From Candidatus Freyarchaeum deiterrae (GTDB lineage Archaea; Asgardarchaeota; Jordiarchaeia; Jordiarchaeales; Jordiarchaeaceae), in NCBI GenBank assembly GCA_037305845.1, contig CP147778.1, positions 2,528,001 through 2,592,000 on the forward strand: a stretch of DNA of 64,000 bases. The letters are read 5' to 3'. Positions within the stretch are counted from its first letter, which is position 1. Each line of letters begins with the position of its first letter. The notes under the pieces were generated by a model. That model did no database searches. It saw nothing but the letters and a program-made list of their open reading frames with translations, and was not told the DNA's origin. Shown piece after piece: positions 38,885 to 49,873 of this stretch. The position numbers and the translations under genes were made by a program.

Positions 38885-39313
38885 ATGGTGGTAACTGTGT
38901 CCAAGAAGATGAAAATTCGCTTTCTCATGTGTAAACCAGGTCTAGACGGTCATGATAGGGGAGCCAAAGTGGTCTCTATGGCATTAAGAGACGCCGGAAT
39001 GGAAGTAATATATACGGGGCTTCACCAAACTCCCGAACAAATAATCGAGGCTGCCATACAGGAAGACGCAGATGCTATAGGACTCTCCATCCTCAGCGGA
39101 GCACACATGACCCTCGTACCACGCGTACTAGAATTAATGAAGGAACACGGAATCCAAGACCGGCTGGTACTAGCAGGAGGAACAATAGTCCTGAAGGAAG
39201 ACATAGCAGAACTCAAAAAACAAGGCGTCGCCCAAATATACGGACCCGGAACCCCCACAAAAGAAATAGTAGACTTCATAAACAATTACTTCGAAAAAAG
39301 CGTCAAAAAATAA
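38885..39313 (+). CDS. Cobalamin-binding subunit of a methylmalonyl-CoA mutase-family enzyme
   Basis: [25 protein letters not shown]. Confidence 0.93.
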   Translation: MVVTVSKKMKIRFLMCKPGLDGHDRGAKVVSMALRDAGMEVIYTGLHQTPEQIIEAAIQEDADAIGLSILSGAHMTLVPRVLELMKEHGIQDRLVLAGGTIVLKEDIAELKKQGVAQIYGPGTPTKEIVDFINNYFEKSVKK

Positions 39314-39522
39314 AATATAAAAAAATAATTACTTTACTTTAAAATAGTATAACCGCTTTTTAATTTTTATAAAAATTAGAATGCCAAGATTCTCCTATGA
39401 TTCTCTCAGTCTGCTATTTTTAGAGAATTAGGCACGCTTATTTCACGCAAGACTCTGCGGAATAGTAATAAGCAAAGTTTAATAGGTGCCACTAGTGTCG
39501 TTTTTCAGGAGATGATACCAGC

Positions 39523-40137
39523 ATGGACGACGAATGGCAAGACGTACCAGAGTTTTCAATTGGTGAAAAGGACACTAATATTCTGCAAATAATAGGAGAA
39601 GAGGATTTAACAAGTTTCACCTTCGAAGGACTAAAGAGGAGGCTGGGAGTTCATCCCGAGACTCTTTCCAGAATTCTCTACAGACTCGAAGATCAAGGCA
39701 TCGTGGAAAAAGCGTTGGAAGGCTATAAGGTTACACCGAAGGCCAAGGAATTTCTCAGATTAAAACCACTAGGCACCGAAAAACCCCGCGTGCACCTACT
39801 CCACACACTACCAATACCCGATGTGCCAATTCAAGAAGTTGTCTCCAATCTTAGAGGTAAATGGTTTGGGACGCTTCGTTGGCTGGGCTACTCCGAGAAT
39901 GACGAAAGCATAACACTCAAGTGGATTACCGAGGACGGCGGAATCCAGGTAGAAGTTAATTTCTCAGAATCCGAACTCAGCATAGAAGCCAAGATGCTGT
40001 GGGAGGATGACACCAATATTGCTCTAAGCGCCTCTTATCAGCTCATAGGCTATATATCAAAGCTTTATTCCAGACTAGGGAGAATCAACCAAATTCCCCG
40101 CTTCAGAACACTCAATCTATACTTAATAATAGATTAA
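39523..40137 (+). CDS. Winged-helix protein
   Basis: FEGLKRRLGVHPETLSRILYRLEDQG. Confidence 0.8.
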   Translation: MDDEWQDVPEFSIGEKDTNILQIIGEEDLTSFTFEGLKRRLGVHPETLSRILYRLEDQGIVEKALEGYKVTPKAKEFLRLKPLGTEKPRVHLLHTLPIPDVPIQEVVSNLRGKWFGTLRWLGYSENDESITLKWITEDGGIQVEVNFSESELSIEAKMLWEDDTNIALSASYQLIGYISKLYSRLGRINQIPRFRTLNLYLIID

Positions 40138-40206
40138 TGTGACTGATTTTCTTCTATTCCCCATCAACAAATCCCTCCGCGACTTCTAGTATTATTAGGT
40201 GAAAAC

Positions 40207-41130
40207 ATGAGCCAAGATTTTACACCATCACAGATATTGAAGTCGCTCTCAGACGCCACTGCTGAAGTGGTTGAAAAGGCAGCTTCCTCCCTAGTAAGCG
40301 TAATCTCTGAAAAGCACGGTCACAGAGGTTCAGGTGTTATATGGAGTTCCGACGGCTACATAGTAACCTGCAGCCACGTAGTAAGTAAAAGCAAAACAGT
40401 CACCATCGGACTTGAAGACGGCCGAAAACTTGAAGCAAACGTAGTTGGCCAGGATTCCTATTCCGATGTAGCATTACTGAAAATCGAAGACGGAGGCACA
40501 TTCGAACCGATAGAACAGGGAGACTCCGAAAGCATAAAGGTTGGACAATTCGCACTCGCCGTAGCCAAATTCACAGGCCGACATCCAAGCGCCACTTCGG
40601 GCATGATCACCAACGTGGGTCTTTCATTCCAAGGATGGAGAGGAATGACGATGGACAACCTCATCGTCACAGACGCACCATTGAACCCCGGCTACTCAGG
40701 AGGCCCACTGCTGGACGCTTCCGGCAAGATGATAGGAATGAACGCAGCCTACGCCTGGTCCAGAGGCCTATCAATTCCAGTCAGCACCATAAAACGAGTC
40801 ACTGACGGTCTAGTCCGCGAAGGTAAAGTCCAAAGAGCATACCTGGGCATAAAATCGAGCACCATCATGCTACCACAGGAAATCGCCACACAAGAGGAAG
40901 TAAATCAAGAAGAAGGCGTAATGGTCTTCTGGGTCGAAAAAGACAGCCCCGCCAAAAAAGCAGGACTAGCCCTAGGCGATATCATAGTAAAATTCGACGA
41001 AAAACCAGTCACAAACGTCTATGACCTGCCCAAACTGCTAACCGAAGAAGTAATCGGAAAAAAGACCAAACTCGAAGTACTACGGGGAGAAAAGCCGATA
41101 AACCTCACAATCACTCCAATCGCAGCATAA
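40207..41130 (+). CDS. HtrA/DegP-family serine protease with PDZ domain
   Basis: GSG, TCSHV, DVALLK, NPGYSGGPL; C-terminal PDZ. Confidence 0.92.
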   Translation: MSQDFTPSQILKSLSDATAEVVEKAASSLVSVISEKHGHRGSGVIWSSDGYIVTCSHVVSKSKTVTIGLEDGRKLEANVVGQDSYSDVALLKIEDGGTFEPIEQGDSESIKVGQFALAVAKFTGRHPSATSGMITNVGLSFQGWRGMTMDNLIVTDAPLNPGYSGGPLLDASGKMIGMNAAYAWSRGLSIPVSTIKRVTDGLVREGKVQRAYLGIKSSTIMLPQEIATQEEVNQEEGVMVFWVEKDSPAKKAGLALGDIIVKFDEKPVTNVYDLPKLLTEEVIGKKTKLEVLRGEKPINLTITPIAA

Positions 41131-41321
41131 TTTTTGGAATCGACGAGTCAAAGCCTTTGAACACAACCAAAGGCTAACCCTCCTTTTTTTTAACCCTAGC
41201 ATGGAGCACAATCTCATGCTGCATTCGAAATCACCCATTTTTGACGAAAAATTACTGCATTTCCCCTCTCTCCTATTTTGAAAATCGGAAAAGAACTGAA
41301 AAAAAAATAATGAGAGAAATT

Positions 41322-41708
41322 TTAAAACTTTATAAAAATCTTATCCTTCTCTACCTTGGACTCAGTCTTTACAAGATCAAAAGTTTCTATTTCTCTACCT
41401 TCCTTCTCCAACATCTGCATGAATTCTTTGGGAAGTTTCGAAGCAATCTCTGGGGGGAATTTAAACACGGGTTCAGAGAGTTTCTTTCCTGTTGTCACGT
41501 CGAAAGTAGCGTAGTGTAATGGACATGTAAGTACCTTACCTTTTAGAACACCATTATGAAGGGCACCATTCATGTGCGGACAACGGTCATAGAAGGCATA
41601 GAACTTGTCATCAACATTAGCCACCGTTATGGGTATGCCTTTTTTCTTTACCATTTTCATTTTGCCTTTTGGTATGTTTGCGACCTTATCAAATTCTACC
41701 CACGACAT
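41322..41708 (-). CDS. Rieske [2Fe-2S] ferredoxin
   Basis: CPH...CPLH. Confidence 0.9.
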   Translation of the reverse strand: MSWVEFDKVANIPKGKMKMVKKKGIPITVANVDDKFYAFYDRCPHMNGALHNGVLKGKVLTCPLHYATFDVTTGKKLSEPVFKFPPEIASKLPKEFMQMLEKEGREIETFDLVKTESKVEKDKIFIKF

Positions 41709-41915
41709 GGTTCTTTAACCTCTTCGCACAGTTATTAACTGTTTTTAGCACACTAAATGCACTTAAAAACATTATGTTAACTCAGCTATGGTAATGTAGA
41801 TTTACAAAAATCTTTTCGAAGCGAACGAATCTCTGTCGCTATTGCTGTTGATAGAAAGGTTTATATATGGGGCCTTATTGTATGTTTACAACTATTATTT
41901 GTATACAATAATAAG

Positions 41916-42455
41916 ATGTATACTGGAGGGCTGACCATGAGTGAAGTAATAAAAGAAAAGGAATCTACCGAAATAGAACCATCTCGAAAGAGGCCATTGG
42001 TTTACACTCCCTTTGAAGACTTGTTTGGAGAAATATTTGGAGACTTTGACCGGATCTTTGAGGATTACTCAACAGGTGCTCTTGAGGAATTCTCAAGACA
42101 AATTATTAGATTTCGACCAATAACCCGGTTCCCGAGATTGGACATAGAAGACACCGGTGACGCTTACAAGGTAACCGCCGATATGCCGGGAATCTCAAAG
42201 GATAAAGTAAACATAAATGTCACAAGCGACAGCTTGGAAATTAGTGGCGGAGAAGAGAAGGATGTAACAGATAAGAACTATCTGCACAGAGAGAGGTTCT
42301 ACGAGTCATTCAGGAGATACGTCGTCTTTAAGGAAGATATTCTATCTGACAAGGTTGAAGCTGAAATAAAAGATGGTATCCTAACAATAAAAATTCCTAA
42401 GAAGTATACTGCTCATATTGAGGAACCGGTAAAAGTCGAAGTAAAGGAAGATTAA
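41916..42455 (+). CDS. Small heat-shock protein Hsp20
   Basis: Alpha-crystallin motifs ADMPG, RER, DGILTIKIPK. Confidence 0.93.
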   Translation: MYTGGLTMSEVIKEKESTEIEPSRKRPLVYTPFEDLFGEIFGDFDRIFEDYSTGALEEFSRQIIRFRPITRFPRLDIEDTGDAYKVTADMPGISKDKVNINVTSDSLEISGGEEKDVTDKNYLHRERFYESFRRYVVFKEDILSDKVEAEIKDGILTIKIPKKYTAHIEEPVKVEVKED

Positions 42456-42652
42456 GAGAAGAGTGAAATTCCCTTAATCTATCCTTCCATAATTGTTTTT
42501 TATATAATTTTTTGTTGCTGACAATTTTTGTCTTTTTTTGATATCGTTTTTTTTAAATAGTTTTGGAGACTTTAATTTTTTGTCGTTCTTGATTGGTTTT
42601 TTAGCAAAGTTAAACTAGGCCAAGAAAAAATAAAAAAAGGAGTAGGTAAATT

Positions 42653-43072
42653 TTAAATTTTTACGAAAATAATACCCTCCTCCACCTTGACCTCAATTGT
42701 CATGAGGTTGTAGGTTTCTATTTCCCTTCCTTCTTCCTCAAACATCTGGAGGAGTGCAATCGAGAGTTTCGAAGCCATCTCTCGAGGGAATTTAAACACA
42801 GGATCCCCGAGTTTCTTTCCGGTTGTAACGTCGAAGCTGGCGTAGTGTAATGGACATATAACTACCTTACCTCTTAGAAAACCCTTATGAAGGGCGGCAT
42901 TCGTGTGCGGGCATCGGTCGTTGAAGGCATAGAACTTCCCATCAACATTAGCCACCGTAATAGGTATGTCCTTTATCTTTACCATTTTCATTGTACCTAA
43001 GGGCACATTTGTTACTTTATCAAACTCTACCCACTGCAGATTTTCTGCTTTATCGACTTCCACCAACGCCAT
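42653..43072 (-). CDS. Rieske [2Fe-2S] ferredoxin (paralog of 41322-41708)
   Basis: CPH...CPLH; closely similar to the first copy. Confidence 0.9.
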   Translation of the reverse strand: MALVEVDKAENLQWVEFDKVTNVPLGTMKMVKIKDIPITVANVDGKFYAFNDRCPHTNAALHKGFLRGKVVICPLHYASFDVTTGKKLGDPVFKFPREMASKLSIALLQMFEEEGREIETYNLMTIEVKVEEGIIFVKI

Positions 43073-43492
43073 ATTTTTAGACTCTTCTTTTACTATTGTT
43101 GTATATTTTTGAAAAGTATATTACTTATAGTAGTATACACCAAGTTGTAAAAAATAAGGCTATGTATATAAACCTTTTGACCAAAAGCCACAGCGATAAA
43201 GATTCAACTCTGGGGAAAGATTTTTTCAATCAGACATAACTTTAACATCCCCCTTTTCTGGATAATGCTACTGAAACTACCACTAAAACAATTTTCGCTC
43301 GCAATTCCCATCATACCTGATGCGCTTAGAGCAGTCCCTCCATCCCACGACGGCAGACTAAATTAACCGTATCATTTAACCATCCAATATTAGAAGCCCG
43401 ATTATTACGCGATTCATTGCCGATTGACTGAAAACATCACCACGAATTTTTTAATCGACAAGACGCCGCCAGTATTAAATACTATTTTCCAA

Positions 43493-45385
43493 TTATTCTG
43501 TCTCTGATTTTTGTATGGCTCCCTCAGGACACAGGTCCTGGCATATCGCGCAGCCGAAGCATAGGTTCGATGAAATCTCTACCTCATCTCCCTCAACGAG
43601 AAACGCTGGACACCCCAGAGTGGAAATGCAGAGTCGGCACTTGGTGCACTTGTTCTTATCAATCTCGTAGGGAACGATCTTCTCATTGGCTTTCCTCTTT
43701 TTACGCTGACTAACCAGGGTGCAGTCCTGACGCGAAATAATTAGAGCCGGGCCGTCCCTAAACGAAACCGCTTCCAAAATCGTGTCGACAGTGCTTTTAA
43801 GATCGTAAGGATCAGTTACCTTAATGTATTTCACTCCGCATCCTTCAGCAATTTTTTCCATCTGAATCTTGGGGGACGGGGAACCATCTATTCGAAAACC
43901 GGTTCCCGGGTGGGGTTGATGTCCGGTCATTGCGGTGGTGCCGTTGTCAAGAACAACGACGATGACTTTGCTACCGTTGTAAACCAGGTTAATGAGTGCC
44001 GGGATGCCTGCATGGAAAAATGTTGAATCACCCAATATGGCGAAAATGGGGCTATCCTCACCCGCCTTTGAGAAACCGTTAGCCATACCTATGCTCGCCC
44101 CCATGCATAAACAAGTCTCAATTGTCTCCAAGGGCGGATAGAATCCCAGAGTGTAGCAGCCTATGTCAGAGCTGTATATGAATTTTGTTTTGCTTCGGTT
44201 CTCCGCCAACTTCAAAGCGTAGAAGAAGGCCCTGTGCGGACATCCGGGGCATAGTACGGGTGGACGGGGTGGGGCTTTTACTTCCTGCTGGTTTTGGATT
44301 TCCTTTTTCTGCGTTGAGGCTGGTTGCCCTTTCTCAAGGAAGTTGTTTATTGCTTCTCCGACAACATCTGGTGACAACTCACCATATTGAGGTAACAACT
44401 TTTTGCCAACTATTTCTAGAGCTGGATTGAATTCTTTAGCATACATGTTAACATATTCCTCAATGAAGGGTTCAAGTTCTTCCACCACCAAGACGCGGTC
44501 CAAGTTAGACACAAATTCTCCGATTAATTTTCTTGGAGGCGGGAATGTTGTAGCCAACTTCAGGTAGGAAACCCGGTTCTTGAGATTGCTTTTCTCAAGG
44601 TATTCGCTTACGTACGTGTGTGATAGGCCCGACGCTAGGATGCCGGTTCTTGTATTTTCGTTGATAACCATCTTGTTGAAGGGATTCGACTCAGCCGCTT
44701 CTTTTATTCTCTCAATTCTCTCAAGCATGACTCTTCGCTGAATCCTCGCGTTAACCGGTAGAAAGGTCCAACGGCTCTTATCATGGTCAAATTTACCCGC
44801 CTTCTTTATCGGAGGAATCTCTCCCAGAGTGACATCCTGCTGAGAATGGCTTAACCGGGTAGTGGTGCGCAGCATTACCAGAGTTTTGTACTGCTCCGAA
44901 AACTCAAAAGCGAACTTAGTCATCTCCTTTGCTTCATTCGCACTCGCCGGTTCAAGAACCGGGCAAAAAGCAAGTTTTGCCAATTGACGGTTATCCTGCT
45001 CATTCTGGCTCGAGTGGCAGTCCGGGTCATCAGTGCTAACCAGAACAAACCCTCCTCTGGCTCCCGCATAGCACGCCGTTACAAAACTATCCAGAGCAAC
45101 GTTCAACCCAACGTGCTTCATACAGGCAATTGATCTTACTCCACACATTGAGCCGGCGAAAGCGGTTTCAAAACCGACCTTTTCATTTATTGACCACTCC
45201 ACATACATCTCTGGGTAAAATTCGGACATAGCCGCGAGGGTTTCAATAATCTCTGTTGCTGGAGTTCCGGGGTATCCCGCCGCAACTCTGACCCCCGCCT
45301 CAAGAGCCCCACGAGCTATAGCTTCATTTCCCAAAAGAATTACACGTGTACCCGGTGAATCCTGAGCAAACATTGGCCTAACCAT
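43493..45385 (-). CDS. iorA: Indolepyruvate:ferredoxin oxidoreductase alpha subunit
   Basis: GNEAIARG, GYPGTP, KHVGLN, SSQNEQD, CPGCPH, DIGCY, GDSTF, AMTG; C-terminal ferredoxin. Confidence 0.95.
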   Translation of the reverse strand: MVRPMFAQDSPGTRVILLGNEAIARGALEAGVRVAAGYPGTPATEIIETLAAMSEFYPEMYVEWSINEKVGFETAFAGSMCGVRSIACMKHVGLNVALDSFVTACYAGARGGFVLVSTDDPDCHSSQNEQDNRQLAKLAFCPVLEPASANEAKEMTKFAFEFSEQYKTLVMLRTTTRLSHSQQDVTLGEIPPIKKAGKFDHDKSRWTFLPVNARIQRRVMLERIERIKEAAESNPFNKMVINENTRTGILASGLSHTYVSEYLEKSNLKNRVSYLKLATTFPPPRKLIGEFVSNLDRVLVVEELEPFIEEYVNMYAKEFNPALEIVGKKLLPQYGELSPDVVGEAINNFLEKGQPASTQKKEIQNQQEVKAPPRPPVLCPGCPHRAFFYALKLAENRSKTKFIYSSDIGCYTLGFYPPLETIETCLCMGASIGMANGFSKAGEDSPIFAILGDSTFFHAGIPALINLVYNGSKVIVVVLDNGTTAMTGHQPHPGTGFRIDGSPSPKIQMEKIAEGCGVKYIKVTDPYDLKSTVDTILEAVSFRDGPALIISRQDCTLVSQRKKRKANEKIVPYEIDKNKCTKCRLCISTLGCPAFLVEGDEVEISSNLCFGCAICQDLCPEGAIQKSETE

Positions 45386-45466
45386 TACCTCATCATCCCA
45401 TTAACCCTTTATTTACAAGCTTGCTTAAAACAAAATTTTTAATACCAAATTTTGAAAACTGTTTAA

Positions 45467-46303
45467 TCAAGAATTCTTAGCTATGATTTCTCGGCCTTTT
45501 TGAACACCAGTTTGAAACGCCTTCAAATTAATATCCACTAGGTTCGCTGGAACCAGCCTTGAGATACAAGACTCCACTATCTCAACACTCAAAGGCACTT
45601 TCCCAGTTCCCAATAATATTCCTAACAGTAAAATATTTGCTACCTTGGGATTGCCTAACTCCTTAGCGTAATCTGTCGCAGGAATTATGAATACATTATT
45701 TGTGACCTTTTTCAGCTCGTTAGTGATTTGCTCGATTTCTGGGTAAGCGGTTTTTTCCAATAGTTTTTTTGCTGACCTTGGGCAGACGGAAAAACATTGG
45801 GTGCATCCCGTACAGGAAGGCTGAATGACACACTTTCCACTAATCACACTCGAAGCCGGGTTACTCAAAGCCAGAAGATCATTATCCCCCTTAAAGTAAT
45901 AATTAACTTGGCAGAAAGCGAGGCAATTTCCGCACCCAGAGCAAAGAGACGGGTCGACGTCCACCTTCTGTCCCTGAAGAGATACCGGAGGAATATTAAT
46001 GTCACTGTTTATAACCGCTATGGAGCCGTCGTATAAATAATCCATGTAGCGTAACCCCTCCGCTAGCTCAAGTGAGAGAAGCGCGTCAGCCGAACCCTTA
46101 GCCACTAACGGGCTATCCACAGTCGGACCGAATCTGAGGTGAACAATAACCGAGGCGGAGCGTTGACTCATGCCCTTAATCTGCGAGGTTCTAACCCTAT
46201 TCTCCGGACCTTCCTCAAGGGCTGCCATAGCCAAAATATCCGACGCCAATAAAACTCCCTGGCCGCCGATTCCAGTCAACACCATATTATAGTCTTTATC
46301 CAA
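45467..46303 (-). CDS. iorB: IOR beta subunit with inserted 2[4Fe-4S] domain
   Basis: GIGGQG, GMSQR, SPL; insert CSGCGNC..C / CTGCTQC..CP. Confidence 0.88.
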   Translation of the reverse strand: MDKDYNMVLTGIGGQGVLLASDILAMAALEEGPENRVRTSQIKGMSQRSASVIVHLRFGPTVDSPLVAKGSADALLSLELAEGLRYMDYLYDGSIAVINSDINIPPVSLQGQKVDVDPSLCSGCGNCLAFCQVNYYFKGDNDLLALSNPASSVISGKCVIQPSCTGCTQCFSVCPRSAKKLLEKTAYPEIEQITNELKKVTNNVFIIPATDYAKELGNPKVANILLLGILLGTGKVPLSVEIVESCISRLVPANLVDINLKAFQTGVQKGREIIAKNS

Positions 46304-46468
46304 ACTGGTATCTCCACGCTTAATATTGTCTACAACGCGGACAATTGAAGCTAAGTAATAGTGGTATTTAATTATATTCTAAAAGCAACTTCGACTAAAA
46401 ATACGTAACTATGAAACTGGTTCAAGCGAGTTTGTGTTTTGCTCGTTGATTTATAATGCACTCTGCTT

Positions 46469-47101
46469 TTAGCATAAGGGCTCAATAATCATATGAGGGA
46501 ATCTCTCTAGATCTAAAAGATAATATTTCATCACGATGTTCTCTTCGGATAGGTTCTGAACTTCTTCAAGAATGTCTAATGGAACTTCCTTCGTGAACAC
46601 AAACATCACTTTGAACGGCACGCCTTCCCTTTCCTGACGCTTGAGTTTGTACAGAATTGGATCCGATGTACTATGCCCCTTTAATGTTTCCAAAAATTCA
46701 TGTAGACTTTTTATTAAGCTAAAACACTCTTTTGGTTCATTAATTATCCATGAAAATCCCCAAGAGTTTCCCACTCTAAGAAGCAAATCGGTCTTAAAAT
46801 CCCCTAAGCAAAACTCTCGAATGAACTGATCAGGCGCCAGATACTTTACAAACAGGTTTAGAACGAAAACTTGATCCGCGTTGTCTCGCCATCTGGGAAA
46901 TATCTGAAAGTCCTCGTTAGCGTATATTAGCGCCCTCACCAACTGTTCCCGAGCCTTCTCCAAGCGGATAAGCATCGGGCTGAGCTCTTCGTCAAACTCT
47001 CCTCCTCTCAAATCCCGCCTAATGTCCGAAATGAGACGATTAATTAGGGTAAGCTCATCCTCCAACCTAACCCTAACGGTTTCAACCATCAAATCCGACA
47101 C
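46469..47101 (-). CDS. Hypothetical protein (N-terminal coiled coil, alpha/beta C-domain)
   Basis: 210-aa ORF. Confidence 0.65.
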   Translation of the reverse strand: MSDLMVETVRVRLEDELTLINRLISDIRRDLRGGEFDEELSPMLIRLEKAREQLVRALIYANEDFQIFPRWRDNADQVFVLNLFVKYLAPDQFIREFCLGDFKTDLLLRVGNSWGFSWIINEPKECFSLIKSLHEFLETLKGHSTSDPILYKLKRQEREGVPFKVMFVFTKEVPLDILEEVQNLSEENIVMKYYLLDLERFPHMIIEPLC

Positions 47102-47442
47102 CCACCAACCAGCACCTAAAAATAAGAAACCGTATTACACCTTAACAAATCCCAATTGTATCTTCCGAATCCTACTCAAATTTTAGTAGGACCTATTATA
47201 AAATTCTTTCTACGAAACTTAAACTATACTAAATTCAAAACCCAATTTTTTGAGTATTTTTCATGAAAAAGCACCCTTTTTAGACAAAGAAATAAAAGTG
47301 TGAACCAAATTCCCTATTTTTAAATTTAGATAAAGCAAGTATCACCAAAATTTTCGACCATAATTCCAGAATACCCAAAATGGGAAACATGTAATCAATA
47401 TTTAAAAGGACAAGTTAAATTATTCCTTTCAAGGGTGAGAAT

Positions 47443-48315
47443 ATGATTGGTATCCTAACGGAAGGAGGAGAAAAAGGCTACGCAGTCCCCCAACTGCTTG
47501 AAGCGGCCGAAAGAAAAAATATTAAGACACTAATAATTCCCATGAGAAAACTGATTCTGGGAGTCTCGGCGAATTCCCCCGCCTCATTCGGAGACCTAAA
47601 CCTTCTGGATTTCGACGCCCTGCTTTTCAGAGGTTTCAACTTAGGATCCTTGGAGGAGGTAATACTCAGAATGGACGCCCTCCACCGATTACAGCGTTTA
47701 GGCATGAAAATCTACAACTCCCCATCAGCAATAGAGAAATCCAGCGACAAGTTTTATGCGTCAGCACTACTGGAGGAAGCCGGACTACCCACACCCCGCA
47801 CCTTCGTAACCGAGGACGAGAATGAAGCACTAAAAATTTTCAGAGAAATGGGTGACGTGGTCGTCAAGCCCCTATTCGGCTCCCAGGGAAAAGGAATGAC
47901 CAGAGTCACCGACGTTGAAACCGCCTCCAGAGTCTTCGAAAACCTCGTCTTCTCCAACCTCGTAATTTATATGCAGGAATTCGTCCCCCACGGAAACCGC
48001 GATATACGAGCCTTCACCATAGGAGAAGAAGTCGTAGCCGCAATGCACCGAATATCAGACTCATGGAAAACAAACGTCTTCCAAGGAGCGAAACCAGTCG
48101 CCCTCAAACTTGAACCCGAACTGGAAGAACTAAGCATAAAAGCCGCAAAAGTAGTAGGATGCGAATACGCGGGAGTAGACATACTCGAAGGTCCAAACGG
48201 TCCCGTAATAATCGAAGTCAACTCCTCCCCCACCTGGAAAGGCTTATACCAGGCAACAAAAATACCCATAGCCGACCTACTCCTAGACTACATCATAAAA
48301 AATACAAAGCAATAG
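47443..48315 (+). CDS. RimK-family ATP-grasp alpha-L-glutamate ligase (MptN/CofF-like)
   Basis: GSLEEVILR, DKF, KPLFGSQGKG, QEF, DIR, GVD, EVNSSP. Confidence 0.9.
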   Translation: MIGILTEGGEKGYAVPQLLEAAERKNIKTLIIPMRKLILGVSANSPASFGDLNLLDFDALLFRGFNLGSLEEVILRMDALHRLQRLGMKIYNSPSAIEKSSDKFYASALLEEAGLPTPRTFVTEDENEALKIFREMGDVVVKPLFGSQGKGMTRVTDVETASRVFENLVFSNLVIYMQEFVPHGNRDIRAFTIGEEVVAAMHRISDSWKTNVFQGAKPVALKLEPELEELSIKAAKVVGCEYAGVDILEGPNGPVIIEVNSSPTWKGLYQATKIPIADLLLDYIIKNTKQ

Positions 48316-48351
48316 TTCCGAGACCATCCCCCTTAAATTTCCTTAACCATC

Positions 48352-48594
48352 ACATTTAGCTGATGCGATGAAAAAAATGGCAACATAAGGAGGGAGGAGC
48401 CAGGAAAACTCGAAAAGTAGAAGAGGGGATGGATGCGGTTCAAACAATACCCTGGCTCCTAACAAAACCCCGAACCAAACTCTTTGGAGAGGGAGGGGGA
48501 TACAATTTATATCCAAAGTCACCCTAAAAACCCCACCTTTTCCCCAAAAAAAAGGAAATAATCGATGCAAGAACCGTTTTAATCAGCTAAATGT
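48352..48594. repeat. 13-bp perfect inverted repeats bounding a 243-bp intergenic segment (possible degenerate MITE)
   Basis: ACATTTAGCTGAT (48352-48364) / ATCAGCTAAATGT (48582-48594); CCTTAAC on both sides but offset. Confidence 0.35.
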
Positions 48595-48645
48595 ACACAC
48601 CCTTAACTAAAATCTGCCAAAACGATAGATGAGAATCATCAGTTA

Positions 48646-49635
48646 TCAAATTTTAATATCGATTTTGGCTTTCTCCCTTAAAAATTTTTGAAGCTCCTCC
48701 CTATCCGGTAAGGCTGTTATAGCACCCCTCTTAGTAACTACAAGAGCCCCTATCGCGTTTGCAATGGTAATACATTTCTTCAAGTCCCACTTCTTGATCA
48801 GCCCCACTAGGAGACCCGCATTCCAGCCGTCTCCAGCCCCCGTAGTATCAATAGGCTTAACCTTGAAGGCTGGCATCTCGATTTTTTCATCCCCCTTACT
48901 AAATATCATGGAGCCCCGCGAACCCAATTTGATACCCACTATCTTGATTCCGTATCCCAGCGCCCTGTGAGCAGCCTCTTCGGGATCCCCTGTCTGAAAA
49001 ATAAACTCTGCCTCCTCCGTGGAAAAAGTCGCTATATCCGACAATTTAAGTGCCCTGTCATAGGTTTTTCTCAAAACACTGAGGGAATCCCACACATCCA
49101 CTCTCAGTGTCGGATCGAATGAAACTCTTACCCCCGCCTTCTTAGCGTAATCTATGGCTTTGAAAACGGCGTTTCTACAGGGATTCTGTGAGAGCGAGAA
49201 TCCGGAGACGTGGAGAATACTGGCACCCGAAACGTAGTTCTTGTCGATATCCTTCACCTCGAGTGAAGTGTCCGCTGTACCGCCAATCCATGGCTTCCTA
49301 TAAAACATGAAGCTCCTTTCACCGGTAGCGGGGTCATTCGCAACAAACGTAACGGTGGTTCGTTTCCCCTTCTTAACCACAACATGAGAAACATCAACCC
49401 CATTTCTCTCAAGCTCATTTCTCAAAAAATTCCCAAAGGAATCTTCACTCACAGCGGTTATTACTCCACTGCTCACACCCAGCCGAGATACCCCCACTAT
49501 GGTATTCATTGGTGCGCCGCCGAAACACTTCTCGAAAAATTTGACATCCCCGTAAGAAACAGGTTCAGAAGCGACAAAATCTATCAATATTTCACCGATG
49601 GCAATTACCTTGGGAGCCAAAAATACACCACCCAA
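48646..49635 (-). CDS. PfkB-family carbohydrate kinase
   Basis: GEILIDF, GGAPMN, FDPTLR, DTTGAGD. Confidence 0.93.
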   Translation of the reverse strand: MGGVFLAPKVIAIGEILIDFVASEPVSYGDVKFFEKCFGGAPMNTIVGVSRLGVSSGVITAVSEDSFGNFLRNELERNGVDVSHVVVKKGKRTTVTFVANDPATGERSFMFYRKPWIGGTADTSLEVKDIDKNYVSGASILHVSGFSLSQNPCRNAVFKAIDYAKKAGVRVSFDPTLRVDVWDSLSVLRKTYDRALKLSDIATFSTEEAEFIFQTGDPEEAAHRALGYGIKIVGIKLGSRGSMIFSKGDEKIEMPAFKVKPIDTTGAGDGWNAGLLVGLIKKWDLKKCITIANAIGALVVTKRGAITALPDREELQKFLREKAKIDIKI

Positions 49636-49873
49636 TATTCTCGAAAGAATTATGAATTTTTAAATTGTTTTTTAATTCTTAATTTTTATCCATTAGATTT
49701 AAAATATGTTGGTAAAAGGTTTACTTAGTAAATCTTTCTACTGATGTGACCATAACACAGCAGAAAAGTAATCATGGTTCAACATCAGTATTGAGATTTG
49801 GTTCACTCGGTTAAAGTTTCAGAAATAAATAGTTGATTCTCTTCTCAATACTAAGAGTGTTCATATAGGGTGT

